Shown: in pieces, positions 51,074 through 64,000 of the stretch
How the letters are laid out: each line of letters opens with the position of its first letter
Position numbering within the stretch: position 1 is the stretch's first letter
Assembly: GCF_032444005.1 (NCBI RefSeq)
Contig: NC_091287.1
Coordinates: forward strand, 459,482,001-459,546,000
DNA from: Ranitomeya imitator
Lineage: Eukaryota
Length of the DNA stretch: 64,000 bases
Direction of reading: 5' to 3'
Translations under genes and position numbers: made by a program
Notes under the pieces: model-generated
What the model was told of the DNA's origin: nothing
Databases searched by the model: none
The model's input: only the letters and a program-made list of their open reading frames with translations

Positions 51074-51509
51074 GGCCAGTCTCACAGGTCCTGATAATTC
51101 CGGAGAAATCGGTACCGGAGTTATCAGTGTGTCCGCGTGCTCACGTAGGCCATCCGTGTGATGTCCGTAAGTACGTTTTTAGGGTCTGTGTGCTGTCCGT
51201 GTGTCCGTCTATTGCAACAATTTTTACAATTTTAACCCTATGACAGGAAAAACGCACACAGATGGCACACAGACGGCATCCGTGTGCGGTACGTGTTTAC
51301 ACGGACCCATTGACTTTAATGGGTCCGTGTGATCCGTGCGCTCCCACAGCACGAACATGTCTGTGTTTTGCAAATGGACACACGGTCCGTGAAAACACGC
51401 TGACATGTGCAGAGACACATTTATTTAAATGTGTCTACATGAGTCAGTGTCTCCGGTACGTGAGGAAACTTATCACACGTACCGGAGCCACTGACGTGTG
51501 AAACCGGCC
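51074..51509. mobile_element. PIF/Harbinger-type MITE
   Basis: GGCCAGTCTCACA / TGTGAAACCGGCC; TGA and TAA flanks; internal CACACGGA/TCCGTGTG inverted motifs. Confidence 0.75.
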
Positions 51510-51512
51510 TAA

Positions 51513-52272
51513 GGGTACCGTCACACTATACGATTTACCTACGATCACGACCAGCGATATGACCTGGCCGTGATCGTAGGTAAATCGTAGTGTGGTCGCT
51601 GGGGAGCTGTCACACAGACAGCTCTCCAGCGACCAACGATGCCGAGGTCCCTGGGTAACCATCGGGTAACTAAGCGCAGGACCGCGCTTAGTTACCCGAT
51701 GTTTACCCTGGTTACAAGCGTTAAACTAAAAAAAACCAAACAGCACATACTTACATTCTGGTGTCCGTCAGGTCCCTTGCAGTCTGCTTCCCGCACTCAG
51801 TGACTGCCGGCCGTAAAGTGAAAGTGAAAGCACAGCCGCTGTGCTCTGCTTTCACTTTACGGCTGGCAGTCACAGTGCGGGAAGCAGAGACGGCAAGGGA
51901 CCTGACGGACACCAGAATGTAAGTATGTGCTGTTTATTTTTTTTTAGTTTAACGCTTGTAACCAGGGTAAACATCGGGTAACTAAGCGCGGTCCTGCGCT
52001 TAGTTACCCGAAGTTTACCCTGGTTACAAGCGAACGCATCGCTGGATCGCATCGCTAGATCGCTAGATCGGTGTCACACACACCGATCTAGCGATGACAG
52101 CGGGAGATCCAGCGATGAAAGAAAGTTCCATACGATCTGCTACGACGTACGATTCTCAGCAGGATCCCTGATCGCTGCTGCGTGTCAGACACAGCGATAT
52201 CGTAACGATATCGCTGGAACGTCACGAATCGTACCGTCGTAGCGATCGAAATGGCAGTGTGTGACGGTACCC
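51513..52272. mobile_element. Long palindromic PIF/Harbinger-type MITE (family of 29703-30425)
   Basis: GGGTACCGTCACAC / GTGTGACGGTACCC; TAA duplication. Confidence 0.9.
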
Positions 52273-54304
52273 TAAGAGTCTGCAGTGTCCACTGCTAAGA
52301 TAGGAAGGGCTCAGGAGTGAGTCTGAGTGCCCTAATCAGCCATACCTTTCCTTCCTTGCAATTTACACCTTTGGGCGAGCGGCTGGGTGCAGCATGATCC
52401 CAGCAAACCATCTACCATCCTGCAGGACCTGTAAAACATAGGACCTGCGGTGACATCAGCATCACGTGTTGATCCACATGACCGGTTAACCCCCGAACAT
52501 GGAAGCGGGGATGACATTCAGCACCGCAGGCTCTGAAAACGTGGTTATGCCGGCAGCATAACCACTGCAAGTTAGTGTACTTTGTTCTCAATATCCTCCA
52601 TTTGAGCATCGGGTATCACACCAAGAGCTCCCCCGCCTCTCTTCTTTCTTATGTTTCTATTTTGAATTGCTAGTCACTTTTTACTCTTTGGACACCTTTT
52701 GGATATATCAAGTTATTTATATGAAGCCCAAAGTGGCACCACTGACAAACACAACTCATCCCCGAAAAAAAACAAAAAACCTCTCATACTAAGTGTTGGA
52801 CTGGGGTGCCAAGGGCAGACGAGTAGCCAACTCCAGGGCCCCACTTTTCAGCTTCCTGCAAATGTGACATTATCCTCAATCACAAATGTATAGAACAATT
52901 GAATTGGGTAGATCGTTAAATGAATAAGATGCTGCCTTTGTACAAAAGAGAGGTGGCCTACTCTTGGGAAGGGGCCCACCGGAGGATTCTCCTATTCTGT
53001 GGGTCAGTCCAAGCCTGCATACTGCTATTAAAAAAAAGGAAAAAAGAATAATAATGCACTTAGCAGCTGTCCCATGTTCTTTATGGTGGAGGACCACCGG
53101 AGGCCCTGGTCCACCGTACATCATGCCAAGCATGGCTGCCGTGGTATGGGGCACTGGGTACAGTGGAGTGACACACAACGCTGGGATCCAACATTACATG
53201 CCTGAATACACAATACCTACAGCAGAGATTGGTGTCACAGAAATTAGAGTCTGATTTTCAGGGTTTGGGCAAGATCTCAGCGGTAACAAATCAGGGAAAT
53301 GGTGTGTAATTTGTGTCATTGTAAGGTGTATTTCAAAAGCACAATGGAAAGCAAAAAAACTAGCAACATGGCTGTGACATTTCTGTCCGATCCCTGCAGC
53401 TACAACGTGTCCAGTACAAAAATAGTGCGGAATGAAATCCTTCCAACAAATGGCAGTGGGTAGGACACATAGCAAGAAGGACAGAGAACAGATGGCCAGG
53501 CACAGAGAAGCAGTGCTTGTGAGAGACCGAGAAACACTAGGGACACGGCCAAAATCTAATCAGCAGGCTCAAGAGGGAAATAGCTCTACTCCATTCCTGA
53601 CAGCGAGTTACAGATAAAAAGAGCAAGAATGGGGAACGAGGGCTGGAAGAAAGGAAGAACACTACTGCAGGATCGGTGCTTCCTACGGTCACATTCTGGA
53701 CTTCCTATGTATACAAGATATATACCATTACCATGCCACAGAGCCAAAGCCTTAAAGGGAGAATCCAGTACAAATATTTCTGTTATTCTTCACTGGGGGA
53801 GTCATTTTCTACATAGTACATAAACTGGCCCATAGAAGGCGACAATGCCAGATGTTGGGGGTCTGCGGGACTGGCCTGATCACCTAGCAGTGTGCAGCAG
53901 GCCTGAAGCTAAGGTAAAGGCATGGGTTGATAACATGTCTGGATAAATAGTAAATTGACCCCAGGAAGAGAAGAAGCCAATGAGAGATCACGGACAATCA
54001 GTGCCCCTTGGATCTCTCTACAACGCTTCAGCTCAACACGGTCACTTCTCTCTGGGTAACATGGCAGGTTTCTCTCTTAATTCTGCAACCCAGAAGGAAA
54101 CGTAATAAAGGATTATACAATACACTTTGAAATCAGAAGTAGAAACATTCTGGAAAAACAATTTTGCACAAATAGGATCTTTATGCAACATAACACAAGG
54201 ACAGCAAAATATAGGGACTCGCTATGACCCCAACAGTAAAATAGAATTTTAGAAACCAGCTACAGCAGACCCTCATACGAAGCCAAGAATATAGGTAGGA
54301 GATA

Positions 54305-54652
54305 TTAGGGTTTTCTGCGCTGCCGATGCGCTAGCAGCAGCCCGTTCAGCACATATGCTAACGGGCTGCTGCTAGCGCAAGTGCCGGCGCTACATCGCGC
54401 TAGCGCAGATAGAGCAGCTGCTAGCTCTATCTGCGCTAGCAGTGACGGACCCGGAAACGCTGCAGCCCGCGTCTCCGGGTCCGTCACTCAATGACGGCAC
54501 ATCGCTAGTGCACGCTCATTGTGGGCGTGCGCTAGCGATGCGTCCGACATTGCTGTCAATGGCGGCCGTAACGGACTGCGTTACACCGCGTTTATGCCGC
54601 GGTGTAACGTAGTCCATCTAACGGACTGCTTAGACGCAGTGTGAACCCAGCC
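54305..54652. mobile_element. Partial PIF/Harbinger-type MITE
   Basis: Right end GCAGTGTGAACCCAGCC-TTA; internal GCTAGC palindromes; left TIR absent. Confidence 0.6.
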
Positions 54653-54674
54653 TTATCGGTAAATAAATCCAGGG

Positions 54675-55930
54675 GTAGCGATGGGCGAACTCAAACGGTA
54701 AAGTTCGGGATCCGTACATCTCCCGGAAGATCATGTTACTGTTCAGGTCCGAAAGCCTGAACAAAGCTTTTTGAAAGGCTGCAGAACAGTCAATCAACAA
54801 GCGTTTCTAGTGTGGGCACTTCCAGCTCCATCACACACAGAAATTTATCACATTGGGTTGCTGTGATGTCAGAAAGGTTACCACAGTTCATTGGCTGTGA
54901 ACCGCGATAACCTTACTGGCGTTGGCACTCGTTGGCAGAGTTGGGGATCGCCGTGAGATGGATTTACGGCAGATTCCTTTGGATTATTTTAGTTTTTCAA
55001 GGTGTTAAATGGGTAAGAGAGGGTCAGGGAGTGTTTTGTACAATTAAAGGACTTATAGACGCCTCTCCATTACTTACCCCTGGTCTTTATGTCAACAGAC
55101 ATTACACAGCTGACATCAACCCCAAAATCATTACCCCGCTTGCCAATATATCAGGGCAAGCAGGATGACCAGAGACCAAGTGCCAAAATTGGTGCATCGA
55201 ATGGATGCACCATTTTTGGGGTGGTTGAGGGCTGGTGTTATTAGTTTGGGAGGGGGCCAAAATCCATGGCATCTTCCCAGCCTATTAATATCAGCCTGCA
55301 GCTGTCTACTTACCATTTGCTGGTTATTAAAAATTGAGAGGACCTCAAATCATTGGGGTCCTCCACTTTTAATAACCAATAAAGGCTATACAGGCAGCTG
55401 TGAGCTATTAATAGCCTGGGAAGCTTCATGGATGTTGGCCCCTTCCCAAAATAATAATACCAGCCCCAAGCTGTCTGCTTTCCCTCAGCTGGTTATTAAA
55501 AATAAGGGGGACCCCACAGAATATTTTCTCTCATATATTTATTTATTACCTTGATACATGCACTGCACAGTAAGCTACACAAGCACTGCACTAATTACAT
55601 ATCTCAGCGACATATTTCATACTATGCACATTCACCAGCTGGTGAAAATTCTCATCAGTGGAAACCTGACTGGCAGTGACCTTGTCACCACTGGTCACAG
55701 CCGCTAGCTTACACGCTGTCCTCTGCGTGACAGTGTGGGAACAAGCAATGGTCCACAATACCCAGCAGCTCTGACTGGCAGAGACTTCAGTAAGGTTACC
55801 GCCAGTGTTTCCCAGAGTGTCACACAGATGACAGCGTGGGAACCGCCGTATGTTCTGGTCCCCCATTCATTGAATGAGGTTTGGGATCAAGTTCGGGTAC
55901 CCGAACCAAACTTTTTTGCCACCGTCTTCT
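54675..55930. mobile_element. Non-autonomous DNA element (TAGCGATGGGCGAAC-type end)
   Basis: Start TAGCGATGGGCGAACTC...GTTCGGGATCCG mirrored by GTTCGGGTACCCGAACC near 55890-55910; the interior is also seen as a fragment at ~35040-35550. Confidence 0.5.
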
Positions 55931-56841
55931 AATACACATTCACAGCCACAGAGAATGCAGTCCGCATAGGTCACTATATGGTATACATGCACATACACAC
56001 ATACATAGCCAAAAAAATGGGCTGGCACATCTACTGGTGTAAGTGCAATGTGTAGGTGAACATTCACCAAGTGTCCACTAATAGACAAACGACCTAGAAT
56101 AAAAACAAACACGCAAACGCGTGTCAGATAAGTACCTGATGGTTTTTACATTGTTACTACTGATTATTGCAGGGAACCTATTCTCTGCAGTTATTTTAGG
56201 TGGTGTTTGTCTGCTGGTGTCCACAGTGTGAATGTGCCCCTACATATTACAGGTACACCAAAAGGTGAGTTGGCCCATATTTTTGGTTTCACTTTAGTTC
56301 GTTGTAGTTTTGACGGTGTTAAAGGGGTTGTCTGGTCCAAACCGACAGAGACTACAGACTTATGAATCCTGCGTCAGGAGGGTACGTATGAGTTATACAT
56401 ACTCCCGACCAGTGGGCGCAGCCTTGCTCCCCATACACTTGTATGCTTGGAGTCATCCACACCCACTGGTCGGCCACATAATCTGTGTGGAGAGCAAGGC
56501 ACCGCACATTGCCCGGGAGTATGTATAACACATACGTACCCTCCAGTCCCGACTCAGAAACCGGCGAATCCCCACAGCACAGAGTGTGCACTGGGGGGAT
56601 TCATAAGTCTACAGTCACACAGACTGGACAACCCCTTTACAGCCCTCCTCATTGGGCTGTGCATCTTGTCTATTATCTTTCCAAAGTCATGTGTAAAACA
56701 GTAAGGTCTGGGTCCTATCTACCTATTGTGAGGCCTGCTGGCACATAGGGAGGGGAGTGACCAGAGTTAGGGGCCATCCTGACTGCGCACACCTTGTCAT
56801 GGTAGCATGGCTTCTTTGACCAAACGAGTGTCAACTAAGTA

Positions 56842-58135
56842 CCGTATATACTCGAGTATAAGCTGAGATTTTCAGCCCATTTTTTGGGGCTGAAAGTCCC
56901 CCTCGGCTTATACTCGAGTCATACCCGGGGGTCAGCGGGTGAGGGGGGGCGGGGGCAGTGTAATTATACTCACCTACTCCCGGCGCGGTCCCTGGACGTC
57001 CCTGCTTCTTCCAGCGCTGCAGCTTCTTCCTGTACTGAGCGGTCACATGGTACCGCTCATTACAGAAATGAATATGCGGCTCCACCTCACAAAGAGGTGG
57101 AGCCGCATATTCATTAATGTATGAGCGGTAACGCTGCCCGCTCAATACAGGAAGAAGATGCAGCGCCGGGGAAGAAGCAGGGACACAGTGCCAGGAGCAG
57201 GTAAGTATACAGGGAGGGGGAGCGCAGCGCTGCGCGATATTTACCTGCTCCTCGTTCCAGTGCGGCTCCTTCTTCATCGTCCTCTGGCAGTGATGCTCAG
57301 GTCAGAGGGCGCGGTGACGTAGTCAGTGCGCGCCCTCTGCTGAACGTCAGTGCCAAAGACGGAGCCGCACGAGGAGCAGGTAAAAGTGCCGGGGTCCTGA
57401 GCGACGGAGAGGTGAGTATGTGATTTTTTTTTTTGTTATGGCAGCAAAAGCAAATGGGGCAAGTGGCTGTGCGGAGCATCTGTATGGGGCCATAACACTT
57501 GTGCAGCACTATAAGGGGCAAGTGGCTGTGCAGAGCATCTGTATGGGGCCATAACACTTGTGCAGCACTATAAGGGGCAAGTGGCTGTACGGAGCATCTG
57601 TATGGGGCCATAACACTTGTGCAGCACTATAAGGGGCAAGTGGCTGTGCGGAGCATCTTATGGGGCCATAACACTTGTGCAGCACTATATGGGGCAAGTG
57701 GCTGTATGGAGCATCTTATGGGGTCATAACACTTGTGCAGCCCTATATGAGGCAAGTGACTGTACGGAGCATCTGTATGGGGCTATAACGCTTGTGCAGC
57801 ACTATATAGGGCAAATATCTATATGGAGCATCTTATGGGGCCCTTATTACCCTTTATGCAGGATTATATGGAGCATCTAATGGGGCCCATCAAACTTTAT
57901 GGAGCATTATATGGGGCTCCTGATTCAATATGGATATTCAAAAACACTTAACCTACTGATGTCTCAATTAATTTTACTTTTATTGGTATCTATTTTTATT
58001 TTTTAAATTTACCGGTAGCTGCTGCATTTTTCACCCTAGGCTTATACTCGAGTCATAAAGTTTTCCCTGTTTTTTTGTGGCAAAATTAGGGGGGTCGGCT
58101 TACACTCGGGTCGGCTTATACTCGAGTATATACGG
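56842..58135. mobile_element. Complete Tc2/pogo-like non-autonomous element with an internal 59-bp tandem repeat (57455-57825)
   Basis: CCGTATATACTCGAGTATAAGC / GCTTATACTCGAGTATATACGG TIRs, subterminal repeats, internal palindrome (57000-57200). Confidence 0.85.
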
Positions 58136-58164
58136 GGTACCTTGATTTTTATATGTATTTCTAC

Positions 58165-58474
58165 TAGTGATGAGTGATCGTGCTCGAATAAGGTGTTGGC
58201 TGCCACGATCGGGTGCTAACGCGTGACTTTGGTGTACTCAATATGTTTGTGTCCCCGTGGCTGCATGTCTCAGGCGGTACAACGGTCGCAACACATGTAG
58301 GGGTTGCCTAACAAACAGGAAACCCCTGCATATGTTGTGGCTGTTGAACAGCGGCGAAACATGCAGCTGCGGGGACACGAACATATTATTTGAGCATGGC
58401 GAAGTTACTCTATTAATACAAAAGGCGTACTCAGAAAATCATAACACCTTATCCCAGCACGCTCGCTCATCATA
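58165..58474. mobile_element. MITE with TAGTGATGAG-type ends
   Basis: TAGTGATGAGTGATCGTGCT / AGCACGCTCGCTCATCATA; internal inverted arms. Confidence 0.65.
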
Positions 58475-58683
58475 AGTTACCGATGATTAGGTGCAGGCAC
58501 TATTTGGCATACATGTGTATATACACAGTATACAGTCCGCATAGGTGCAGGCACTATATGGAATATATGTGTATACACAGTATACAGTCAGCATAGGTGC
58601 AGGCACTATATGGCATACATGTGTATACACACACAGTATACAGACAACATAGGTGCAGGCACCATATGGCATACATGTGTATA

Positions 58684-60289
58684 CAGGTCCTTCTCAAAAA
58701 ATTAGCATATAGTGTTATATTTCATTATTTACCATAATGTAATGATTACAATTAAACTTTCATATATTATAGATTCATTATCCACCAACTGAAATTTGTC
58801 AGGTCTTTTATTGTTTTAATACTGATGATTTTGGCATACAACTCCTGATAACCCAAAAAACCTGTCTCAATAAATTAGCATATCAAGAAAAGGTTCTCTA
58901 AACGACCTATTACCCTAATCTTCTGAATCAACTAATTAACTCTAAACACATGCAAAAGATACCTGAGGCTTTTATAAACTCCCTGCCTGGTTCATTACTC
59001 CTCAAAACCCCCATCATGGGTAAGACTAGTGACCTGACAGATGTCAAGAAGGCCATCATTGACACCCTCAAGCAAGAGGGTAAGACCCAGAAAGAAATTT
59101 CTCAACAAATAGGCTGTTCCCAGAGTGCTGTATCAAGGCACCTCAATGGTAAGTCTGTTGGAAGGAAACAATGTGGCAGAAAACGCTGTACAAAGAGAAG
59201 AGGAGACCGGAAGATTGTGGAGAAGGACCGATTCCAGACCTTGGGGAACCTGAGGAAGCAGTGGACTGAGTCTGGTGTGGAAACATCCAGAGCCACCGTG
59301 CACAGGCGTGTGCAGGAAATGGGCTACAGGTGCCGCATTCCCCAGGTAAAGCCACTTTTGAACCATAAACAGCGGCAGAGGCGCCTGACCTGGGCTACAG
59401 AGAAGCAGCACTGGACTGTTGCTAAGTGGTCCCAAGTACTTTTTTCTGATGAAAGCAAATTTTGCATGTCATTCGGAAATCAAGGTGCCAGAGTCTGGAG
59501 GAAGACTGGGGAGAAGGAAATGCCAAAATGCCTGAAGTCCAGTGTCAAGTACCCACAGTCAGTGATGGTGTGGGGTGCCATGTCAGCTGCTGGTATTGGT
59601 CCACTGTGTTTCATCAAGGGCAGGGTCAATGCAGCTAGCTATCAGGAGATTTTGGAGCACTTCATGCTTCCATCGGCTGAAATGCTTTATGGAGATGAAG
59701 ATTTCATTTTTCAGCACAACCTGGCACCTGCTCACAGTGCCAAAACCACTGGTAAATGGTTTACTGACCATGGTATTACTGTGCTCAATTGGCCTGCCAA
59801 CTCTCCTGACCTGAACCCCATAGAGAATCTGTGGGATATTGTGAAGAGAAAGTTGAGAGACGCAAGACCCAACACTCTGGATGAGCTTAAGGCCGCTATT
59901 GAAGCATCCTGGGCCTCCATAACATCTCAGCAGTGTCACAGGCTGATTGCCTCCATGCCACGCCGCATTGAAGCAGTCATTTCTGCCAAATGATTCCCGA
60001 CCAAGTATTGAGTGCATAACTGAACATTATTATTTGATGGTTTTTTTGTTTGTTATTAAAAAACACTTTTATTTGATTGGATGGGTGAAATATGCTAATT
60101 TATTGAGACAGGTTTTTTGGGTTATCAGGAGTTGTATGCCAAAATCATCAGTATTAAAACAATAAAAGACCTGACAAATTTCAGTTGGTGGATAATGAAT
60201 CTATAATATATGAAAGTTTAATTGTAATCATTACATTATGGTAAATAATGAAATTTAACACTATATGCTAATTTTTTGAGAAGGACCTG
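58684..60289 (+). mobile_element. Full-length Tc1 transposon E (1606 bp)
   Basis: TA-flanked CAGGTCCTTCTCAAAAAATTAGCATAT TIRs with ~200-bp IRs. Confidence 0.95.
59016..59993 (+). pseudogene. Tc1 transposase with an open frame but a catalytic D-to-N change and a premature stop
   Basis: MGKTSDLTDVKK...FSDESKF...FQHNLAPAH (N replaces the second D, codon AAC at 59718-59720)...SPDLNPIE; TGA at 59991 lies six codons before the homologous stop. Confidence 0.85.
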
Positions 60290-60710
60290 TACATAGTATA
60301 CAGTCCGAATAGGTGCAGCACTATATGGCATATATATGTGTATACACAGTATACAGTCAGCATAGGTGCAGGCACTATATGGCATACATGTGTATATACA
60401 CACAGTATACAGACAACATAGGTGCAGGCACCATATGGCATACATGTGTATACATAGTATACAGTCCGAATAGGTGCAGCACTATATGGCATACATGTGT
60501 ATACACACAGTATACAGTCCACATAGGTGCAGGCATTATATGGCATACATGTGTATACACAGTATGCAGTCCGCATAGCTGCAGGCACTATATGGCATAC
60601 ATGTGTATACACACAGTATACAGACAACATAGGTGCAGGCACTATATGGCATACATGTGTATACATAGTATACATTCCGAATAGGTGCAGCACTATATGG
60701 CATACATGCC

Positions 60711-61913
60711 AGGTTTTCTATAGGGTTGAGATCTGGAGACTGGCTAGGCCACTCCAGGACCTTGAAATGCTTCTTACGAAGCCACTCCTTCGTTGCCCTG
60801 GTGGTGTGCTTTGGATCATTGTCATGTTGAAAGACCCAGCCACGTTTCATCTTCAATGCCCTTGCTGATGGAAGGAGGTTTGCACTCAAAATCTCACGAT
60901 ACATGGCCCCATTCATTCTTTCATGTACCCGGATCAGTCGTCCTGGCCCCTTTGCAGAGAAACAGCCCCAAAGCATGATGTTTCCACCACCATGCTTTAC
61001 AGTAGGTATGGTGTTTGATGGATGCAACTCAGTATTCTTTTTCCTCCAAACACGACAAGTTGTGTTTCTACCAAACAGTTCCAGTTTGGTTTCATCAGAC
61101 CATAGGACATTCTCCCAAAACTCCTCTGGATCATCCAAATGCTCTCTAGCAAACTTCAGACGGGCCCGGACATGTACTGGCTTAAGCAGTGGGACACGTC
61201 TGGCACTGCAGGATCTGAGTCCATGGTGGCGTAGTGTGTGGTAGGCCTTGTTACATTGGTCCCAGCTCTCTGCAGTTCATTCACTAGGTCCCCCCGCGTG
61301 GTTCTGGGATTTTTGCTCACCGTTCTTGTGATCATTCTGACCCCACGGGGTGGGATTTTGCGTGGAGCCCCAGATCGAGGGAGATTATCAGTGGTCTTGT
61401 ATGTCTTCCATTTTCTAATTATTGCTCTCACTGTTGATTTCTTCACTCCAAGCTGGTTGGCTATTGCAGATTCAGTCTTCCCAGCCTGGTGCAGGGCTAC
61501 AATTTTGTTTCTAGTGTCCTTTGACAGCTCTATGGTCTTCACCATAGTGGAGTTTGGAGTCAGACTGTTTGAGGGTGTGCACAGGTGTCTTTTTATACTG
61601 ATAACAAGTTTAAACAGGTGCCATTACTACAGGTAATGAGTGGAGGAAAGAGGAGACTCTTAAAGAAGAAGTTACAGGTCTGTGAGAGCCAGAAATCTTG
61701 ATTGTTTGTTTCTGACCAAATACTTATTTTCCACCATAATATGCAAATAAATTGTTAAAAAAACAGGCAATGTGATTTTCTGGATTTTTTTTTTCTCAGT
61801 TTGTCTCCCATAGTTGAGGTCTACCTATGATGTAAATTACAGACGCCTCTCATCTTTTTAAGTGGTGGAACTTGCACTATTGCTGACTGACTAAATACTT
61901 TTTTGCCCCACTG
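60711..61913 (-). mobile_element. Second, truncated copy of the Passport-like Tc1 (transposase 5' part; frameshifted)
   Basis: Near-identical to ~40730-41942; 7-bp deletion near 61240; the 3' end of the ORF and one IR are missing. Confidence 0.95.
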
Positions 61914-62228
61914 TACATGTGTATACATAGTATACAGTCCGAATAGGTGCAAGCACTATATGGCAGACATGTGTATACACACAGTATACAGACCACATAG
62001 GTGCAGGCACTATATGGCATACATGAGTATACACAGTATACAGTCCGCATAGGTGCAGGCACTATATGGCATACATGTGTATACATAGTATACAGTCCGA
62101 ATAGGTGCAGGCTCTTAGGCCTCCTTCACACGTCCGTATAATATTATTACCGCAAAAAACGGTAGCCGTGTCATCAGTGTCTTGTATCAGTGTATCATCA
62201 GTGTGCCATCAGTTTTTCTCGGTATGGC

Positions 62229-62522
62229 TTAAAGCACCACTGCAGCGTTTTTTTTTTCCAGTACTGGAGTGGTGCTTTGAATGTAAGCCCCCTGCCCCTA
62301 GTCATAGACTCACCCTCCAGTGTCTTCCCCATTTTGTAGCACCATTCTGGTCTCATCTTGTGACAGTAGCTTCTGACTCAATACAAGTCTATGAGAGCCA
62401 GGACGAGGCCAGAATGAGACCCTCATAGACTTGTATATAACGTGTATATTGTATATTGCGTATAAAGCAGCACTCCAGCGGTGCAATAATAAAAACTCCA
62501 CACCGCTGGAGTGGCGCAATAA
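62229..62522. mobile_element. TTAA-type MITE nested in a Harbinger-type MITE starting at 62118
   Basis: TTAAAGCACCACTGCAGCG...GCTGGAGTGG ends (same motif at ~50034); outer element begins TTA-GGCCTCCTTCACACG. Confidence 0.55.
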
Positions 62523-63232
62523 GAAAGATCAATTCCAAAGCTTCTCCTATACTTTCAATATTAAACACGTACGGTGCACTGATACTGTCCGTATATCGCG
62601 CTGACCCATGGACCTGTACTGGCGCTGGTCTTCTCTGCCATTAGCCCGTATACTATGATGGGTACGTGTGGTATCTCTGTAAAACCCGTACGCCACACGT
62701 AGCAGAAACGCGGACATGTGAGGGCGGCCGAACACTTGCAGGACACTGAGTACAGATCAGGCTTCGCTCCTAGCAATTCTGCTGATGTGGAAAACCAGGT
62801 TATAGCAGATGAGACGGAAAGAGGGATCTCCATAGCAACGAGGCAGCTCTTAAAAATAGAGGGGGAAGGGCGGCTCATCTTTTGCTAAAGGCCCCGGCAA
62901 ACAATTTCAAGTCAGATTTGTAAAGCAGAAGAGTATTGTATGGCAACACGTGTGAGCCACCACCGGCCCATGGCCGCACACATGTGGGGCGTGATGGCCA
63001 TCCGATACCATGTAGGACCACGTGTCTCCTACAGGCACCGCGCGGTCACAATGGAGGTCGCCACCTGTGCTGAAAACATTTTTTATAGAGCTTTTAAATT
63101 GTGAAACATTTTGTTTTCCTCGTGTCCCATAGAGAAGCCGATAGCGGGGACGCCATACCCAACGTGTGCTTCACTTGCGAACAGTCGCCTCCATGAGATA
63201 GAGGCTTCTGTTTTTTTCTCTAGGGACTTTAA

Positions 63233-63680
63233 CCCCTTCAAGTCTGGGTCATTTTACAGTTTTGAAATTAGTTTTTTGTTTTCCTACTTTCAAGAGCCAG
63301 AACTCTATGTCTCTATCTACAGAGCCATATGAAGGCTGGTTTATTGCAGGACGGGAAGCCATTCGTTATTACAGTATCATATGCTGAAAAACGGGAAGAA
63401 AATTCAGTAAAATTATGAAAAACAATGAAATTCTTCCATTTGTTTTAAGGATTTGCTTTTACTGTATTCAGTATGTGGTACAAATGAGATGTAGATTTTA
63501 TTGGCACAACTTTGAAGTATATAAAACGTTTTCTCATTCGTTATTGCATTTTTTTCGGAGGAGTACGGTAATTGAAAAAAGAGAAATCATGTTGTTTCCC
63601 TTGTTTTAAGGTGTTTATCATATGTGTGAATCGCTGTAAATGGTCATAGATTGCACAGCTGCATTTGTAAAAGTCCAATC
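63233..63680. mobile_element. piggyBac-like non-autonomous element end (TTAA-CCCCTTC); a second such end begins at 63978
   Basis: TTAACCCCTTCAAG at 63229 and TTAACCCCTTCATGACCC at 63974. Confidence 0.45.
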
Positions 63681-63973
63681 TATATACATAATTGTCTAAG
63701 GGGTACTTCCGTCTGTCTGTCCTTCTGTCACAGATATTCATTGGTCGTGGCCTCTGTCTATCATGGAAATCCAAGTCGCTGATTGGTCGCCGCAAAACAG
63801 CCACGACCAATCAGTGACGGGCACAGTCCGGAAGAAAATGGCAGCTCCGCTCCCCGCAGTCAGTGTCCCCGGCGCTCTGCTCCCCGCAGTCAGTGTCCCC
63901 GGCGCTCCGCTCCCCGCAGTCAGTGTCCCCGGCGCCCGCTCCATACTCCCCTCCGGTCACCGCTAACACAGGG
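63681..63973 (-). mobile_element. Helentron/DINE-like element end, with a 30-bp tandem repeat x3 (63845-63935)
   Basis: TATATACATAATTGTCTAAGGG...TTCCGTCTGTCTGTC is the reverse complement of the terminus at 29140-29172. Confidence 0.5.
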
Positions 63974-64000
63974 TTAACCCCTTCATGACCCAGCCTATTT

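Larger units (their letters stand above)
58485..62110. repeat. ~52-56-bp TA-rich minisatellite split by two Tc1 insertions
   Basis: Unit approximately TATATGGCATACATGTGTATACACAGTATACAGTCCGCATAGGTGCAGGCAC at 58485-58683, 60290-60710 and 61914-62110. Confidence 0.93.

Noticed and set aside
52355-52425. Possible minus-strand 60-nt exon (VLQDGRWFAGIMLHPAARPK)
   Set aside because: Poor donor (GTGTAA) and no match to junctophilin.
54110-54260. Possible decayed L1 tail (VETFWKNNFAQIGSLCNIT)
   Set aside because: Similarity is too short to support without an alignment.

Overview
Eukaryotic, transposon-dense vertebrate DNA, inferred to be frog (anuran) from the repeat landscape. The only host gene I can recognise is one 119-bp internal coding exon of junctophilin-1 (jph1) on the minus strand (17704-17822), so the rest of the window is most likely its two very large flanking introns. 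These contain six near-full-length Tc1-family transposons and two partial ones. One copy (40336-41942, Passport-like) has an uninterrupted 340-aa DD34E ORF. There are also many PIF/Harbinger-type and TTAA-type MITEs, Tc2/pogo-like and hAT-like non-autonomous elements, CR1 and L1 3' fragments, solo LTRs, Penelope-like fragments with hammerhead-ribozyme-like motifs, and about ten distinct minisatellites. The most striking structure is a 55-bp minisatellite into which four different Tc1 elements inserted at the same register of the repeat unit. I found no evidence for a new multi-gene system. Most ORFs in the supplied track are artefacts of repeats. All family names come from recognition by eye and no database search was run.
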